Of a stretch of DNA of 64,000 nucleotides, positions 39,921 to 53,175 are shown piece by piece. Every line of letters starts with the position of its first letter. Position 1 is the first letter of the stretch. The notes below the pieces were generated by a model. It was not told the DNA's origin, did not search any database, and saw nothing but the letters and a program-made list of their open reading frames with translations. A program made the translations under genes and the position numbers. Source of the stretch: Octopus sinensis (taxonomy: Eukaryota); assembly GCF_006345805.1 (NCBI RefSeq), contig NC_043008.1, positions 17,732,001 to 17,796,000 on the forward strand, read 5' to 3'.

Positions 39921-40164
39921 TAAGTTCTGTCTATTAAAAGTTGTTTTGAAAAAAATATTATTTGATTTCGGCATACGTTAATATTTGAATTTCGAAATTG
40001 TTTCCAATACAGTACGCTGATCTAATGCCCCCACCTCATCATTTCTTATGCTTATGTCATGGTAGTTGTATAGTCTGAATTTGGGGACCCACTGATGAAT
40101 TGATAAAGAAACACACTCTGGCCACCTATAGTTAATTAGTGTTGAAAATGTTTATAAATTATAA

Positions 40165-40912
40165 GATGGCGAGCTGGCAGAAATGTTAGCACGCCGGGCG
40201 AAATGCGTAGCCGTATTTCGTCTGCCGTTACGTCTGAGTTCAAATCCCGCCGAGGTCGACTTTGCCTTTCATCCTTTCGGGGTCGATAAATTAAGTACCA
40301 GTTACGCACTGGGGTCGATGTAATCGCCTCAATCCGTTAGTCTGTCCTTGTTTGTCCCCTCTATGTTCAGCCCCTTGTGGGTAATAAAGAAACATATATT
40401 TTGTCTAACTTTATGTTCTGACTTCAAATTCCGCTTTCGGGGTCGATAAATTAAGTACCAGTTACGCACTGCGGTCGATGTAATTGATTTAATCCCTTTG
40501 TCTGACCTTCTTTGTCTCCTCTATATTTAGCCCCTTGTGGGTAATAAAGAAATAGGTATTTCGTCTTCTTTACATTCTGAGTTCAAATTCCGCCGAGGTC
40601 GACTTTGCCTTTCATCCTTTCGGGGTTGATAAAATAAGTACCAGTTACGTACTGCGGTCGATGTAATCGATTTAATCCCTTTGTCTGTCCTTCTTTGTCT
40701 CCTCTATATTTAGCCTTTTGTGGGCAATAAAGAAATAAGAAACGTTAGCATGCCAGGCAAAATGGTTAGCGATATTTCGTGTCTTTACGTTCTAAGTTGA
40801 AATTCCGCCGAGGTCGATTTTTGCCTTTCATCCTTTCGGGGTCGATTAATTAAATACCAGTTGCGCACTGAGGTCGATCTAATCGACGGGCCTTGTGCCA
40901 AGAGTAGAAAAG
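40165..40912 (+). mobile_element. SINE family A, four-unit concatemer with TSD
   Basis: B-box-like units at about 40236, 40420, 40579 and 40795; flanking 17-bp repeat aatgtttataaattata / aatgtctatgaattgta (14/17). Confidence 0.93.
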
Positions 40913-41029
40913 AATGTCTATGAATTGTATTCTACTTAACATTCTGGAATCCTTACAGCGTTAATGAGTCCTATGACATAGTTAATGTAAAGGCTGTTTG
41001 AGTCAGTGTTTACATGTAATGCAGCTGAA

Positions 41030-41200
41030 GGTGGTGCGCTGGCGGATACCTTATCGATGCTTGGCAGCATCTCTTCTGGCTCTTCTGATATTTGAGTTCA
41101 AATGCTACCGAGGTCGGCATTGCATTTCATCTTTTTGGAGTCGATAAAATAATTACCAGTTGAGCACCGAGGTCGATGTAGTCGACTCTCCCCTTTCTCC
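41030..41200 (+). mobile_element. SINE family A, old copy
   Basis: ggtggtgcgctggcgg..gagttcaaat..ccgaggtcg..gtcgataaaat. Confidence 0.75.
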
Positions 41201-41571
41201 CAAAACTGCCAAACAAGTTAGAACGCATATCTAATGCATCTTGAGTACGTCGGCATGTAAAGACCGAATATCTTTCCAAGCTATGAACAGAACATGAAAG
41301 GAGTGACGTCTGTGACATAGAGTGAGCCATAGATTAACCTGCAGGATCATTCACAAATATAGGATAGTCTTTGTTAAGATGTTTAGCACTATGCTCTGTG
41401 GAGTATTGTTTTCGAAGACGGATCACATTATAGGCACTCTACGTAGGAACAGAGAAACGTGAAAGATTTTGTAAAGAACTTCTATGGAATGCTAATATCT
41501 GGATAAGAAACCGAGTTTCTTCTCCCGTTGAACACTCACATTATTAACAAAATAAATACTTTCCATATATA

Positions 41572-41970
41572 GGCGCAGGAGTGGCTGTGTGGTAAGTAGC
41601 TTGTTTACCAACCACATGGTTCCGGGTTCAGTCCCACTGCGTGACACCTTGGGCAAGTGTCTTCTACTATAGCCTCGGGCCGACCAAAGCCCTGTGAGTG
41701 GATTTGGTAGACGGAAACTGAAAGAAGCCCGTCGTATATATGTATATATATATGAGTGTATGTGTGTCTGTGTTTGTCCCCCTAGCATTGCTTGACAACC
41801 GATGCTGGTGTGTTTATGTCCCCGTTACTTAGCAGTTCGGCAAAAGAGACCGATAGAGTAAGTACTGGGCTTACAAAAGAATAAGTCCCGGGATCGAATT
41901 GCTCGATTAAAGGCGGTGCTCCAGCATGGCCGCAGTCAAATGACTGAAACAAGTAAAAGAGTAAAAGAGA
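41572..41970 (+). mobile_element. SINE family B, full length
   Basis: Near-consensus copy. Confidence 0.95.
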
Positions 41971-43126
41971 GAGAGTATATAGTAGAGTGAAAAACCAAAC
42001 TCATAAAGATGTATGTGCGATATTTCAAGAAAGAAAGGATAGAATATCAATTCTGTTGTCACATGGTATTGGAAATAGCTTGGCAACAGAAGTTAATCAA
42101 TAAACTAAAGACGACAGAAGAAGAAATTTAGATTTTTCTCATTTAATTTTACATAATTTTAATTTTTTCAATGCAAAAAAGCTTCTGGTGAACGCATTTT
42201 GAATTAAATTTGTAAGCAAGGCAACTATGTAAGTGAATATGAAGATGAAATATAAACGAAAAGCAAACAGAAGATTTAATACTATTTCTTAGAGATTAAG
42301 GCTTGGATTAAAATCGATAAGAAGATTAATTTAAGCATTAGTATTTCCAAAGGCATTATTTAAGGAAGTAAATACGTCCAAAGCAAACGTGAATCTAAAC
42401 CACGGGTTAGTTATCATAATTTGCCGAACATTTACCGCTGCAGTACATAATGTGTTTAGATAATGGTGTGAAATACTAAGTGAATTGGATAACCTTCTGT
42501 GAACCGAACTATATGGCGATAAGAGATTGCATTTGATTCGTCGGAGGATGGATGCGGTAATGAAGCGAAAGTAGCTACAATGGGGAAGAAATTAGGGTTG
42601 CAGTTTGATTGACTCACAAGGATATTAATACCGCTAGCGCCGATGTGAATGATACGCGTTCTCCAGAATTCTTATAACAAATAAATATCGTGACATTTTC
42701 ATTTGAATCTTTTTGTATGATTCGCTAACATGAAATATTCCATTGGAATCGACAGAAACCAAAACGACACAAGTCAGATATTTTGTTTCAGAATATTAGA
42801 ATATTTCTTATTTATACTGTTGATAGTTTTCGAATGGAAATATTTTAAGCATTGCTTGAAAATGTAAACAAAACTGTATTTTCTTCGGGCTGTGTTTATA
42901 TGGTTTACCATTTAATTACATATAATAATTCATTCTCTCCTCGGTCCCATACGGCCACGCAGCTAAATTATTCAACACGGGACTCTATTCTAGACCGGTA
43001 AGAAATCGCAGCTCCGTCTTTCGTATATAACAATCGTATATAACAATTGCTTTTCTCATATAAAGAAAGACATATTGGATGTTGTTCTACTCTCATTGAT
43101 CACAAGTCTTTCTTATCAGAATTATG

Positions 43127-43590
43127 CAAGTTCTTTTTACATCTCCAGCAGTGGCCAGCAAATCTCAATCTCCGCTCTTGGATTGTTGATGAGAAAGTTG
43201 GTACATTCGCATATAACTTGTGTTGTTGGGTGCTCCCTCCAAGAGCTGTTGAGCACTGCACGTAACATTCTTGAGTAGGCACCGTCCAGCATGCACCTGA
43301 GTCTCTTGGTGAGGATCCAAGTTGGAGATTCATATACAAGCACAGATTCAACAATTTCTCTGAAGAACGTCTCTTCAATTTATATTGTAGGGTTGACTTC
43401 CATATTGTTCTAAGGATTTGTGAGTAATTTGTTGCTTTGGACACCACATCATGATACCACAGCTGCAGGAAGACGACGGAAGACGTATATACAACAGATT
43501 GTAGATGCTGGATGCCAGGTTGAAGACCTAAAAACATTAATGGAAGATCGGGAGAGACGCGGAGAGGTAGTCAGGCTGGCCAGATTAATC
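43127..43590 (+). mobile_element. RTE-clade LINE 3' end with inverted 5' segment (43127-43417 on minus)
   Basis: Minus: IWKSTL..KLKRR..LVYESPTWILTK..LDGAYSRMLRAVLN.SWREHPT..RRLRFAGHCWR; plus: VSNLLLWTPHH..GRRRKTYIQQI..GCQVEDL..MEDRER. Confidence 0.9.
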
Positions 43591-43948
43591 AGCCTGATAA
43601 AAAAAAGAAAGAATAAAGCAACAGTAAAACATTTTGGTTATTTCCCTGACGGAGACGATACCAAATCTAAAGTGTAAGATTCCATTTTTCACTGAATAAA
43701 CATAGTTTTCCTTTTGTAAGAAATCGTATAGGATAATGATGTAAAACATATAATTATTATTAAGTGTTGTAGTTTCTTGGTAGGCAATTAAGTTTATTAC
43801 AGAAAAAAAACAATGTGTATGTAATCCAGTTTAAGTGGGGTAAGTTAGTGGCAAGACAAATAGGGGAATAACAACCAGGAGGATACTCCCAGTATACAAA
43901 CCGGAATGACAATAATCCACCTTGGGTCATTATGTAAAAGATATCCAA

Positions 43949-44160
43949 GGCGGCGAGCTGGTAGGAACGTTAGCATGCCGGGTGAAATGCTTAGCGGTAT
44001 TTCGTCTGCTGCTACGTTCTGAGTTCAAATTCCGCCGAGGTCAACTTTGCTTTTCATTCTTTCGTGGTCGACAAATTTAATACCAGTGAAACACTGGCGT
44101 CAGTGTAATCGACAAGTCCTCTACCCACAAGTTTCAGGCGTCGTGCCATTAGTAGAAAGA
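43949..44160 (+). mobile_element. SINE family A, single unit with short tail
   Basis: Head, core and gtgcc..agtagaaaga tail. Confidence 0.9.
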
Positions 44161-44310
44161 ATATTGTTAAAAGTTTGGATAGATACTTCTAGGATACCTC
44201 AGGATACTCTGTTCACAGCTGCAGACACTTTGTAGCATAAAAAAAATATGTGTGTGTGTGTGTTTGTTTGTTTGTGTGTGTGTGTCTGCATGCGTGCGTG
44301 CGTGCATAAA

Positions 44311-44790
44311 ACAGGACCGAACCGGACCGAACTGGACCAAACCGGACCGAACCAAACCGGACCAAACAAAACCGGACCAAACCGAACCAAACCGGACCGA
44401 TCCACCGATCCAAACAGGACCAAACCAGACCAAACCGGTTAAAACAGGATCAAACCCCCCAAAACCGGACCAAACCGGTCCAAACCAGTTTCATCCGGTT
44501 TGAACCGGTTTGGTCCGGTTTGGAACGATTTGGACCGGTTCAAACCGGCTAGAACATGTTTGAACTGGTTTGATCCGGTTAGAACCGGTTTGATCCGGTT
44601 TTGAGCGGTTTGATCCTGTTTGAACCGGTTTGGTCTGGTTTGGTTCTGTTTGGATCGGTCCGATTTAGTTCGGTTTGGTCCGGTTTGGTCCGATTTGATT
44701 CGGTCCGGTTCCGTCCGGTGAGGTTTGGTCCGGTCTGGTTCGGTCAGGTTCGAACCGGACCGGTTCGAACCGAACCGATCGATCCGGTCC
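44311..44790. repeat. ACCGG/ACCGA/ACCAA pentamer array forming a long inverted repeat
   Basis: A-rich arm about 44330-44480 and T-rich arm about 44582-44720 are colinear reverse complements. Confidence 0.9.
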
Positions 44791-44915
44791 ATAAATATGG
44801 AGAGGCATTGTGCAACGAAATGGTTAAGATTTCGTTCATTAAAAATGTAATGGCAAGTATTTAGTGACCTTTACTTACCTTTAAAAATCGTAACGAACTT
44901 TCCGGACAACCCAAT
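44791..44915 (+). mobile_element. Mariner 3' end with right TIR
   Basis: IWRGIVQRNG*DFVH* C-terminus, then aaaaatcgtaacgaactttccggacaacccaata. Confidence 0.75.
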
Positions 44916-44924
44916 AAAAACATA

Positions 44925-45572
44925 ACAAACCGAACCGAAACGGTCCAAACCGGACCGAACCGAACCGAACCGGTCCGAACCGGACCGAACCGGACGGGTC
45001 CGGTCCGAACCAGTCCAAACCGGAGAGAGGGAGACTAAGCACACTTCCTATATTAAAGATAGCATATTTGGTAGAAAACTGGAGATTTTACCTCTGGAAA
45101 TTCGTACATATTCCTATACACATAAACACACGCATAGGCATACCTCCCACCCACATATATAAACGCACATACATATAATCCTGCTACCCTCCATTCTCTG
45201 CACCAATATAAGCATAAGCAGAAGGTATAACGTGAAATGTTGTAGGATTGATACAAAAATGTATTAGTACAGCGCGATTCATCTATATATATATATAGGA
45301 CCGGTTCGAACCGGTCCGGTCCGAAACGCTTCCCTTACGAGGAACCAACAAACGTGATAACAATAGTTAAACAGAAATAATAATAACAACAAACCTTACG
45401 GTAAACCAAAAATCAGTACTCTGTTGAAGCTATAGGTCTTTATGGTCCGGACCGGACCGGTCGGTTCGGTTCGAACCGTTTCGAACCAGATCGAACCGGA
45501 CAAACCGGATCGAACCGGATAGAACCGGTCCAAACCGGTCCAAACCGGTCCGAACCGGATCGAGCCGGATCT
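44925..45572. repeat. Three further ACCGG-type pentamer blocks (44925-45022, 45298-45325, 45443-45572)
   Basis: Direct reading; separated by unique spacers. Confidence 0.9.
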
Positions 45573-46739
45573 ATCTCTAAATGGAATTATTTTTCTTCTC
45601 GTTCATGCATTCTTGTCTGTCTCTTGAAAAAGCTTTCTTTCTCCAGCGTTCACCACTTCCCCTCGTTAGGGTTAAACAGCCCTTACCGAATGTTTTCACT
45701 GTCCTGTTTTTGTTAGCAGCTTTGACGTTCCACGTATATCAAATTATATTTAATTTGCTTTGGGGGAGCAATTGCTTTGACGAAAACACAATTTGTTGCA
45801 ATGCGGATTAGGTAAAAATGCCAACAACTGAGGGAGGGCTGTTCTTTTTTATGTGAGCGACCGAGCGTGCGCGCTTGCATGCGCGTATGCAAGCTCCAAA
45901 TACAACGATATGAAAGAAATGATAGCTTCGCATCTCGAAAATTTAGACAAACGTTATACAATTCTCTAACAATCAAATTCACCGTCTCATTGTGGAAGAA
46001 AATTAGATGTTTATTGTTAATGCCTCCCATAAGGTCCGTATCTGAGAAAACAATGGGCCCTGTCTCCTAGTAGGGATTGAATATTCTTTCACGTTTCAGA
46101 ATACCTAGAATTTATCTACGGTTTAATTGTTATTGCCAAAAAGATAACGATAACAGTAAGGGCTTATTTAAAAACAAAACTTGTAAATTCAATTCTATTC
46201 TGAATCTTGTAATTAAGAAAATGCCTACCAAGCTAACACTAACACCTATCATGTGTAAAACCTTGGTAAATATCCAAAGCGTTGATCTTTGAACAACAGT
46301 AATGCAAGGTGTTTTTCAATCCTTAATTATTTCTTATTTAAGCATCTATATCTCCAATGTGTTACATTATCAGAATCTCTTCTGATTTTGACATTTACTG
46401 AATACCATTTTTGGTTAATCTTTTCTTCCATTAAGAACGATATTCTATAGGGTATTATATCAGTCTTTACATACTCGGAATTCAGGCAAAATTCTGATAT
46501 ATTGTCGTTTTGCTCAAACATTTAAATATTGGGTTTGTTGATTCCAACAATATTTCGTGACTAAAATTAATATTGGTAAAAAATGTTTAAAGAGAACAAA
46601 GACCAGCATTTGGCTTACATCCCGAAATGTGAAATGTTATATATGATGCGAAGCAATATTTATACATACGCAGACATACAAAAACAAGCGTATCCAAACC
46701 ACATACGTCAATCTCTTTCCGTCCCCACCTTGTTCTGTG

Positions 46740-46775
46740 TATACATACATATATGCATACATTCATACATACATA

Positions 46776-46844
<69 letters not shown>

Positions 46845-46846
46845 AT

Positions 46847-46902
<56 letters not shown>

Positions 46903-47150
46903 TGTATATATATATATGTATATATATATGTATATATATATATATATAATGGGAAAATTATACAAAATAGATGAATTATATAAATAGATGATGAGTAAAA
47001 ACATACATACATATGTACAAGCATTCATACATACGAACATACATATATACATACATACGTACATACATACATAGCAAGAAATCTTGAAATAAAACTGAAC
47101 AATGACAAACATACATACATACATACATACATATATACATACATACATAT
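46740..47150. repeat. (TA)n and (TACA)n microsatellites
   Basis: Direct reading. Confidence 0.95.
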
Positions 47151-47708
47151 CTCACCAGTTACAAGATTAGAAAAGGAATATTTCTTTATAGAATATTTTT
47201 TTTAAATCAAGCATTCGAGTGCTTAAAGGCACTGTGAAGTTGCCAAAGGAAATTTTGCTGTCAAATATATTCCTTCTGCACTCTTGCTTTTAAAGATATA
47301 TCATTGTAATTCTTTAAATTGATTCCTTTGAATATGTGAGTATTGTATGATAGTTCAAGAAAATGTGTAATAGGATTCTAAACTAAAATCGTGCGAGCAG
47401 ATTCACAAATCTAAGCAGTTATGTAACTTGCGAAATATATTTCCAATGCATACTTAATACTAAACAAAACAAATTTTGGTTTCTGCTTACTTCTGTTTTT
47501 CTTACAAGGATTATTTATCTTAAACGATCCCTTGGACTAAATTCATTATTATTATGGTAGCAGTCTTGTTTTGACGAAACAAATTCATATTCTCCCTACT
47601 TCGTAAACATACATATAAGTTATGATTGACTGAATGATTATCAAACGATCGTACATTAATGTATGCATAGTTTTAGTCTGATGGCACAGCCCGTATATTT
47701 GTGTCTAT

Positions 47709-47763
<55 letters not shown>

Positions 47764-48307
47764 CCATACACACGCGGTCAGCAATATGATAGCCCGCTGA
47801 GAGGGCTCTTACGAATTAAGTCACAATTGTGTGATGTAAGAATTAGTGAAACAACTGTAGGAAAGAATAATTGAAATAACTAGAAGCAGTGATAAATTGT
47901 ACTTTTACACAAGCACAGCATATACAGAAAAACACACACACAGACACATACTAACAGATCTGAAGTGAACTTTACGTAAACGACAGACGAGTGTTCTGCA
48001 ACAATGCAACTGAATAAGAGTTCGAGAAAGAATCCTTATCGATATCGAGACGTTGATGAAGACGAGGTTTTTACTCTTGAGAAATAAACATAGGTTAGAG
48101 TCCATCATATAATTGCGGGAGCAATACAATCGCTGTAGGTCATAATCTATTCTACCTGATATAACCATAAGAATGAATGGAATTGCAGTGAATTGAATGG
48201 CTATTTCTGGTCGTTTTATACATTGACTCCCTGACACCTAATAATCTTTAAATAGCTACAGGCCTGCATACACATCCAAGCCTGCCTGCACATGCAAATA
48301 CACACCC

Positions 48308-48352
<45 letters not shown>

Positions 48353-48867
48353 GATTTATTTTCATCTTCCTTCGTAGTAACCAATGTATTGTAAGTGGAT
48401 GTAATGTACAACTTTAAGAGCTGCAACACCATAACAACACTCTACAGCACAGCTATTAATCCGATTCTCCTATATCATGCAAAGAAGGCAACCTGTTACT
48501 TGCTATTCTTTTGTTTTCTATATTTGTTTCGTTTTCGCTCTGTTATTTTTTTTTGTTTCGTTTTTTTTCTTCAGTATTGACTATAATTATATACCAGGAA
48601 ATTATGACAAGGAGCAAACGTCAATGGAAAAGTCATTCTTAGATATATCTTTTATTATATCCGTTACTTGCCTGAATTATTAAAAAAAAGAACAAAAAAT
48701 GGGAAAAAAATGTATAAAAATAAGAAAAACGAAAGCACGAAAATATTATCAAACAGGCAAAGATTATATATTTTCTTATTACCAATAAATTATTTCTTTT
48801 ATTAATCTTCTCTCATGTTGTAGTTTAGATTTCCGTTTCCTTACGTTGCAGTCGTCATTGTCGCCGT

Positions 48868-48878
48868 TATTATTATTA

Positions 48879-48935
<57 letters not shown>

Positions 48936-49006
48936 TTAGTAGTAGTATCATTATTATTATTATTATTACTATTATCATCATTATTATTATTGTTGTTGTT
49001 GTTGTT

Positions 49007-49037
<31 letters not shown>

Positions 49038-49610
49038 TTATTATTATTGTTGTTGTTGTTGTTGATATTAACATCATCACCATCACAATAGTCATCATCA
49101 TCATCGTTATCATTGTTTTTATTAAGTTTTCTTTTCATTTTTCTCTTTCATATTGTTGATGTTAATGCTTCAGATATGTTGTTATTGTTGTTGTTGTTGC
49201 TGTTTCTTTTTGTTGTTTTTTCCATGTTCACAATATTGATAATTGTCTTCTGCTCACTGCATTATGTATGTTTAATCAATCAGCATCACCGTTTTTTTGT
49301 GTTTTTTTGTTTGTGTTTTCCATTTTTGTTTTTCCATATCATTTTCCTGTCTCCTTCGACAACTATCATCTCCATTCCGCGTCCATTTTCTTGTCGTCCT
49401 TCACATCACCATCATCATCACCATTATCATCATCATCATCACCACAATCATCACCATCGTCAAAACCACTACCATCACCACCACCACCACCCTCATCATC
49501 ATCATCATCATCATCATCATCAGCATCATCATCATCATCGCCATCAGCATTATTATCATCATCGTCAACACAAGAACCACCACCACCACCACCAAAACCA
49601 CCACCATCAC

Positions 49611-49641
<31 letters not shown>

Positions 49642-49830
49642 GTCATCATCATCGTCATTTCTAGCACCACCACCACCATCGAAACAACTACCACCACCAC
49701 CATCACCATCATCATCATCATCGTCATCGTCATCATCATCATCATCATCATCATCGTCTCCTCAAGCACCACCACCACCACCATCACCATCATCATCATT
49801 ATCATTGTCATCATCACAACCACCACCGCA
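48868..49830. repeat. Compound trinucleotide arrays (ATT, GTT, TTC, CAT, CAC)
   Basis: Explains the poly-H/S/I/M ORFs. Confidence 0.95.
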
Positions 49831-50166
49831 TCTTATGTCTCCTCTACTTTATTTTCTTCAATCTCTGTTTTTGCAAACTCTTCATTCCTTTTTTTTTCTT
49901 TCAGATTTAGTTCTTTCTTTATTTTTTCTTACATTTACGTACACACGCACGAACGTAATTACACATACATATGTGCTTTTACATACACACACACACACAC
50001 ACATACATATATACATATACATACGTATGTGTGTTTATTTATGCACATACTCACACTCACTCCAGTTTCTTTTACATAGTTTGCAATCGTTCTTGTTTTG
50101 TTTATTAGTTTTTCTCTCTCATCCGTCTTTTTTTTTCTTCTTATACTCTTCGTCTTCCATCTGTAG

Positions 50167-50240
50167 ATGTGGAATATTCTTCTGAATGCTTATGAAAGGA
50201 GGGGCGAGGCACTCACATTTCCTGAGAAAAATTGATTCAC
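50167..50240 (+). other. Candidate exon (74 nt, stops in all three through-frames)
   Basis: Long pyrimidine tract plus ctgtag| ... CAC|gtaagt. Confidence 0.25.
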
Positions 50241-50357
50241 GTAAGTCTCCCCAAACAAACAGGAAATTGAATTTCGAATAGAAATTTCTAAATTATTGGA
50301 ACAATGATTTTGTCGAAATCAAGAGCCATATCAAAATATAGGATTTTACCTTTTAAC

Positions 50358-50382
50358 ATCGTCATCCCCATCAACGTCTTCA

Positions 50383-50422
<40 letters not shown>

Positions 50423-50910
50423 GCCGTCGTCGTCGTCATCTTCGTCCTCCTCCTCTTCACCATCATCATCGTTTTCGTCGTCGTCGTCATCATCATCATT
50501 ATCATCATTCTCATCATCATCAGCTTCATCATTATCATCATCATTATTATCATTATCATTGTCATCGTCGTTGTCGTCGTCGTCCTCATTTTCTTCTTCC
50601 TCCTCCTCCTCTTCTTCTTCCTTCCCTTATTCCTCCTTTTCCTCCTCCTCCACTTCTTCCACTCCCCTTCTTCTTCCTCCTCCGCTTATTCTCCTTCTCT
50701 TGTTCCTCCTGTTCCTCTTCCACCTCCTCCTCCTCCTCCTCATCATCATCATCGTTTTCGTCGTCGTCATCACCATCATCATAATCATCATCATCATTAT
50801 CAGCTTCATCATCATCATTACCTTTATCATTGTCATCGTCGTCGTCGTTATCATGATCATCATCATTATTAACATCATAGTCATTGTCATCATTATCAAC
50901 GTCATCAACA
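50358..50910. repeat. Compound (CAT)/(CGT)/(CCT) array with internal duplication
   Basis: catcgttttcgtcgtcgt..atcagcttcatc..tatcattgtcatcgtcg at about 50465 and 50750. Confidence 0.92.
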
Positions 50911-51591
50911 AGTTGATAATGATGACAACAAATTCTAATATTTCAAACAACACCGGCACCATTGTGGCCATCAGAAGCGCAAGAAAGAGAAGCGTTATCC
51001 ATAGCAAAACGTATAGACAACGACAAATGCAATTTTACCAGCTTGTGAAAACCGTCGGTAAAATAGAGCTGTAAGAATATCTAAAAAAAGTATGTCAAAA
51101 TGTGTCAGTAAAGACGAGACATGAGTCATTCTGTAAGTTTCTACTAGCGTTTTTGGGAAAGCAAGATAGTCTCCTCTAATCTACCGGTAGACGTAAGTAA
51201 AAGATCTAAGGATCGAACGCCTTATCAATGCATTGGTAAATTTATGGTTTTAACTTGTGAAGGAACATAAAACTTTCGTCACACTTGGCAGGCAATATGA
51301 ATGTGAGATTTACATTTATGAGTATAGCGGGAAAGCACCCAGTAAAACCCTTCGAAATTACGAATTCATCGTTTATCCAACTCCCAATGGAGAACTTCGG
51401 GTGTACTCTAAATAATAATGTGTCACTAAAATTAAATCTCTAATTACTTTTCTCCATTCTATCCGACGATAAAAACAAAGCTGCGACGAGATTAATGTTA
51501 AAAAGCACAATTTTTGTTCCTATGTACATCAGTTGATGCAACTTACGTGGCTCTTCGTAACACGTACAGGTATTCTGTAAGCGGTAGATAC

Positions 51592-51820
51592 GGCGAGCTG
51601 GCAGAATCGTTAGTACATCGGACGAAATGCTTAGCGGTATTTCGTCTGCGTTACGTTGTGAGTTCAAATTCCGCCGAGGTCGACTTTGCCTTTCATCCTT
51701 TCGGGGTCGATAAATTAAGTACCAGTTACGCACTGGGGTCGATGTAATCGACTTAATACCTATGTCTGTCCTTGTTTGTTCCCTCTGTGTTTAGCCACTT
51801 GTGGGTAGTAAAGAAATAGG
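51592..51820 (+). mobile_element. SINE family A with 12-bp TSD
   Basis: ggtagatacggc at 51583-51594 and 51819-51830. Confidence 0.95.
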
Positions 51821-52499
51821 TAGATACGGCTACAGCTTTTTTTTCCTAATATACAATATTGATGTAGATGTCTTTGACAAAATGGATTTTGTTTATTATT
51901 TTTAATGGCCTCAGTCTCATGATTGAATCAAGTAAGAGGATTAAAAAAACGATACGCTACAAACTTGTTGATGTTGTTTGGACGATGTGCAAACAATTGT
52001 TTCAAGTAATTATCAGCACTCAAACTACGACTCTAAATGCTTTAAAACAACAAATCCTGAAAATTAAGACAACTGCAAGGACAGGAAAATGCACAAAACA
52101 AACAACAACGACAAAGACTTGCAAATCTAAAATGAAGGATACCAAACACTAAACCACACAACAGCATCAGTTTCAGCGTTGTTGATAAACGTACAACTAG
52201 TTGGGACAATGTCTCTTTGAAAAAAAATAAATCAAATTATGATAATGAGCTAGAGGTACGAGTACACATAGGATTAGTTTCGACATAAATGGTCTCCCCA
52301 TTTAAAAAAAAAAACAAAAACAATAAGTATGTACAGAATTTCCACCAAAATCGAAAAGCACTTGGAGGTTTATTTCAGAAAAAGAATGCACGTAGAATTT
52401 AAAAACTGAATCTCAACGAATACGTTCACACCTTGACGAGCGTCTCTTCGGAAAGACAAAATTATGTAATTCTTTTGTCCTATTCATAATTCTTTCTAG

Positions 52500-52798
52500 C
52501 CTTTTCAAGCCTAGCCAGGCTCATGGGCTCAGTTTCCTGGTTTCTGCGACGTATGTGTTCCCCACCCCCACCTGGACGGGACGCCAGTCCATTGCAGCGT
52601 TACTCAAGAAACAGGAAGAGAGTGAGAGAAAGTTGTGGTGAAAGAGTACAACAGGGGTCGCCACCCCCCCCTGCCGGAGCCTCGTGGAGCTTTTAGATGT
52701 TTTCGCTCAATTAACACACACAACGCCCGGTCTGGGAATCGAAGCCGTGATCCCCCGACACCGAGTCCGCTGCCCAAACCACTGGGCCATTGCACCTC
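52500..52798 (-). mobile_element. SINE family C
   Basis: Colinear with 20525-20829. Confidence 0.92.
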
Positions 52799-53175
52799 TC
52801 CCTATTCATAATAAAAGAGTATAAATCCACTTGGACTGGAGTCGCTTTGGAACGAGTATCGTTTATGTAATCATGATTGCTTTCAGAATTCAGATTTGCT
52901 TTGTTTAGTTTAAGGGCCTTCGCTAAAACACGGGCACCAAGGACAATCAAAGCCAATAGGCAATAAATACAAGCTTGTTTAACCTCATCGATGATTAAGA
53001 ATCCATATAATAGGAAGGTTGTACGGGCGAATTGATAAAGTCCACAAACGCTTGTTCTCTTTATACATTATACATCTTTCAACAAGAATATGATATTCTG
53101 CAATGCAACTGGAATGCAAAGCCGATCTATATAGATTGTGTAAGAAAGCTAAACAACGCCAAATATAATTATGAA

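Noticed and set aside
40165-40912. Regularly spaced repeats resembling a CRISPR array
   Set aside because: The whole unit repeats with no unique spacers; no cas genes; eukaryotic SINE concatemer.
44167-44864. ORFs with GPVRS/PDQTG repeats
   Set aside because: Stop-poor pentamer satellite is open in several frames on both strands.
48004-48087. Short protein-like ORF MQLNKSSRKNPYRYRDVDEDEVFTLEK
   Set aside because: 27 codons, weak donor, no in-frame continuation into nearby exon candidates.
49113-51074. 183-305 aa His/Ser/Pro/Ile-rich ORFs
   Set aside because: Trinucleotide arrays are open in multiple frames; no coding signal.
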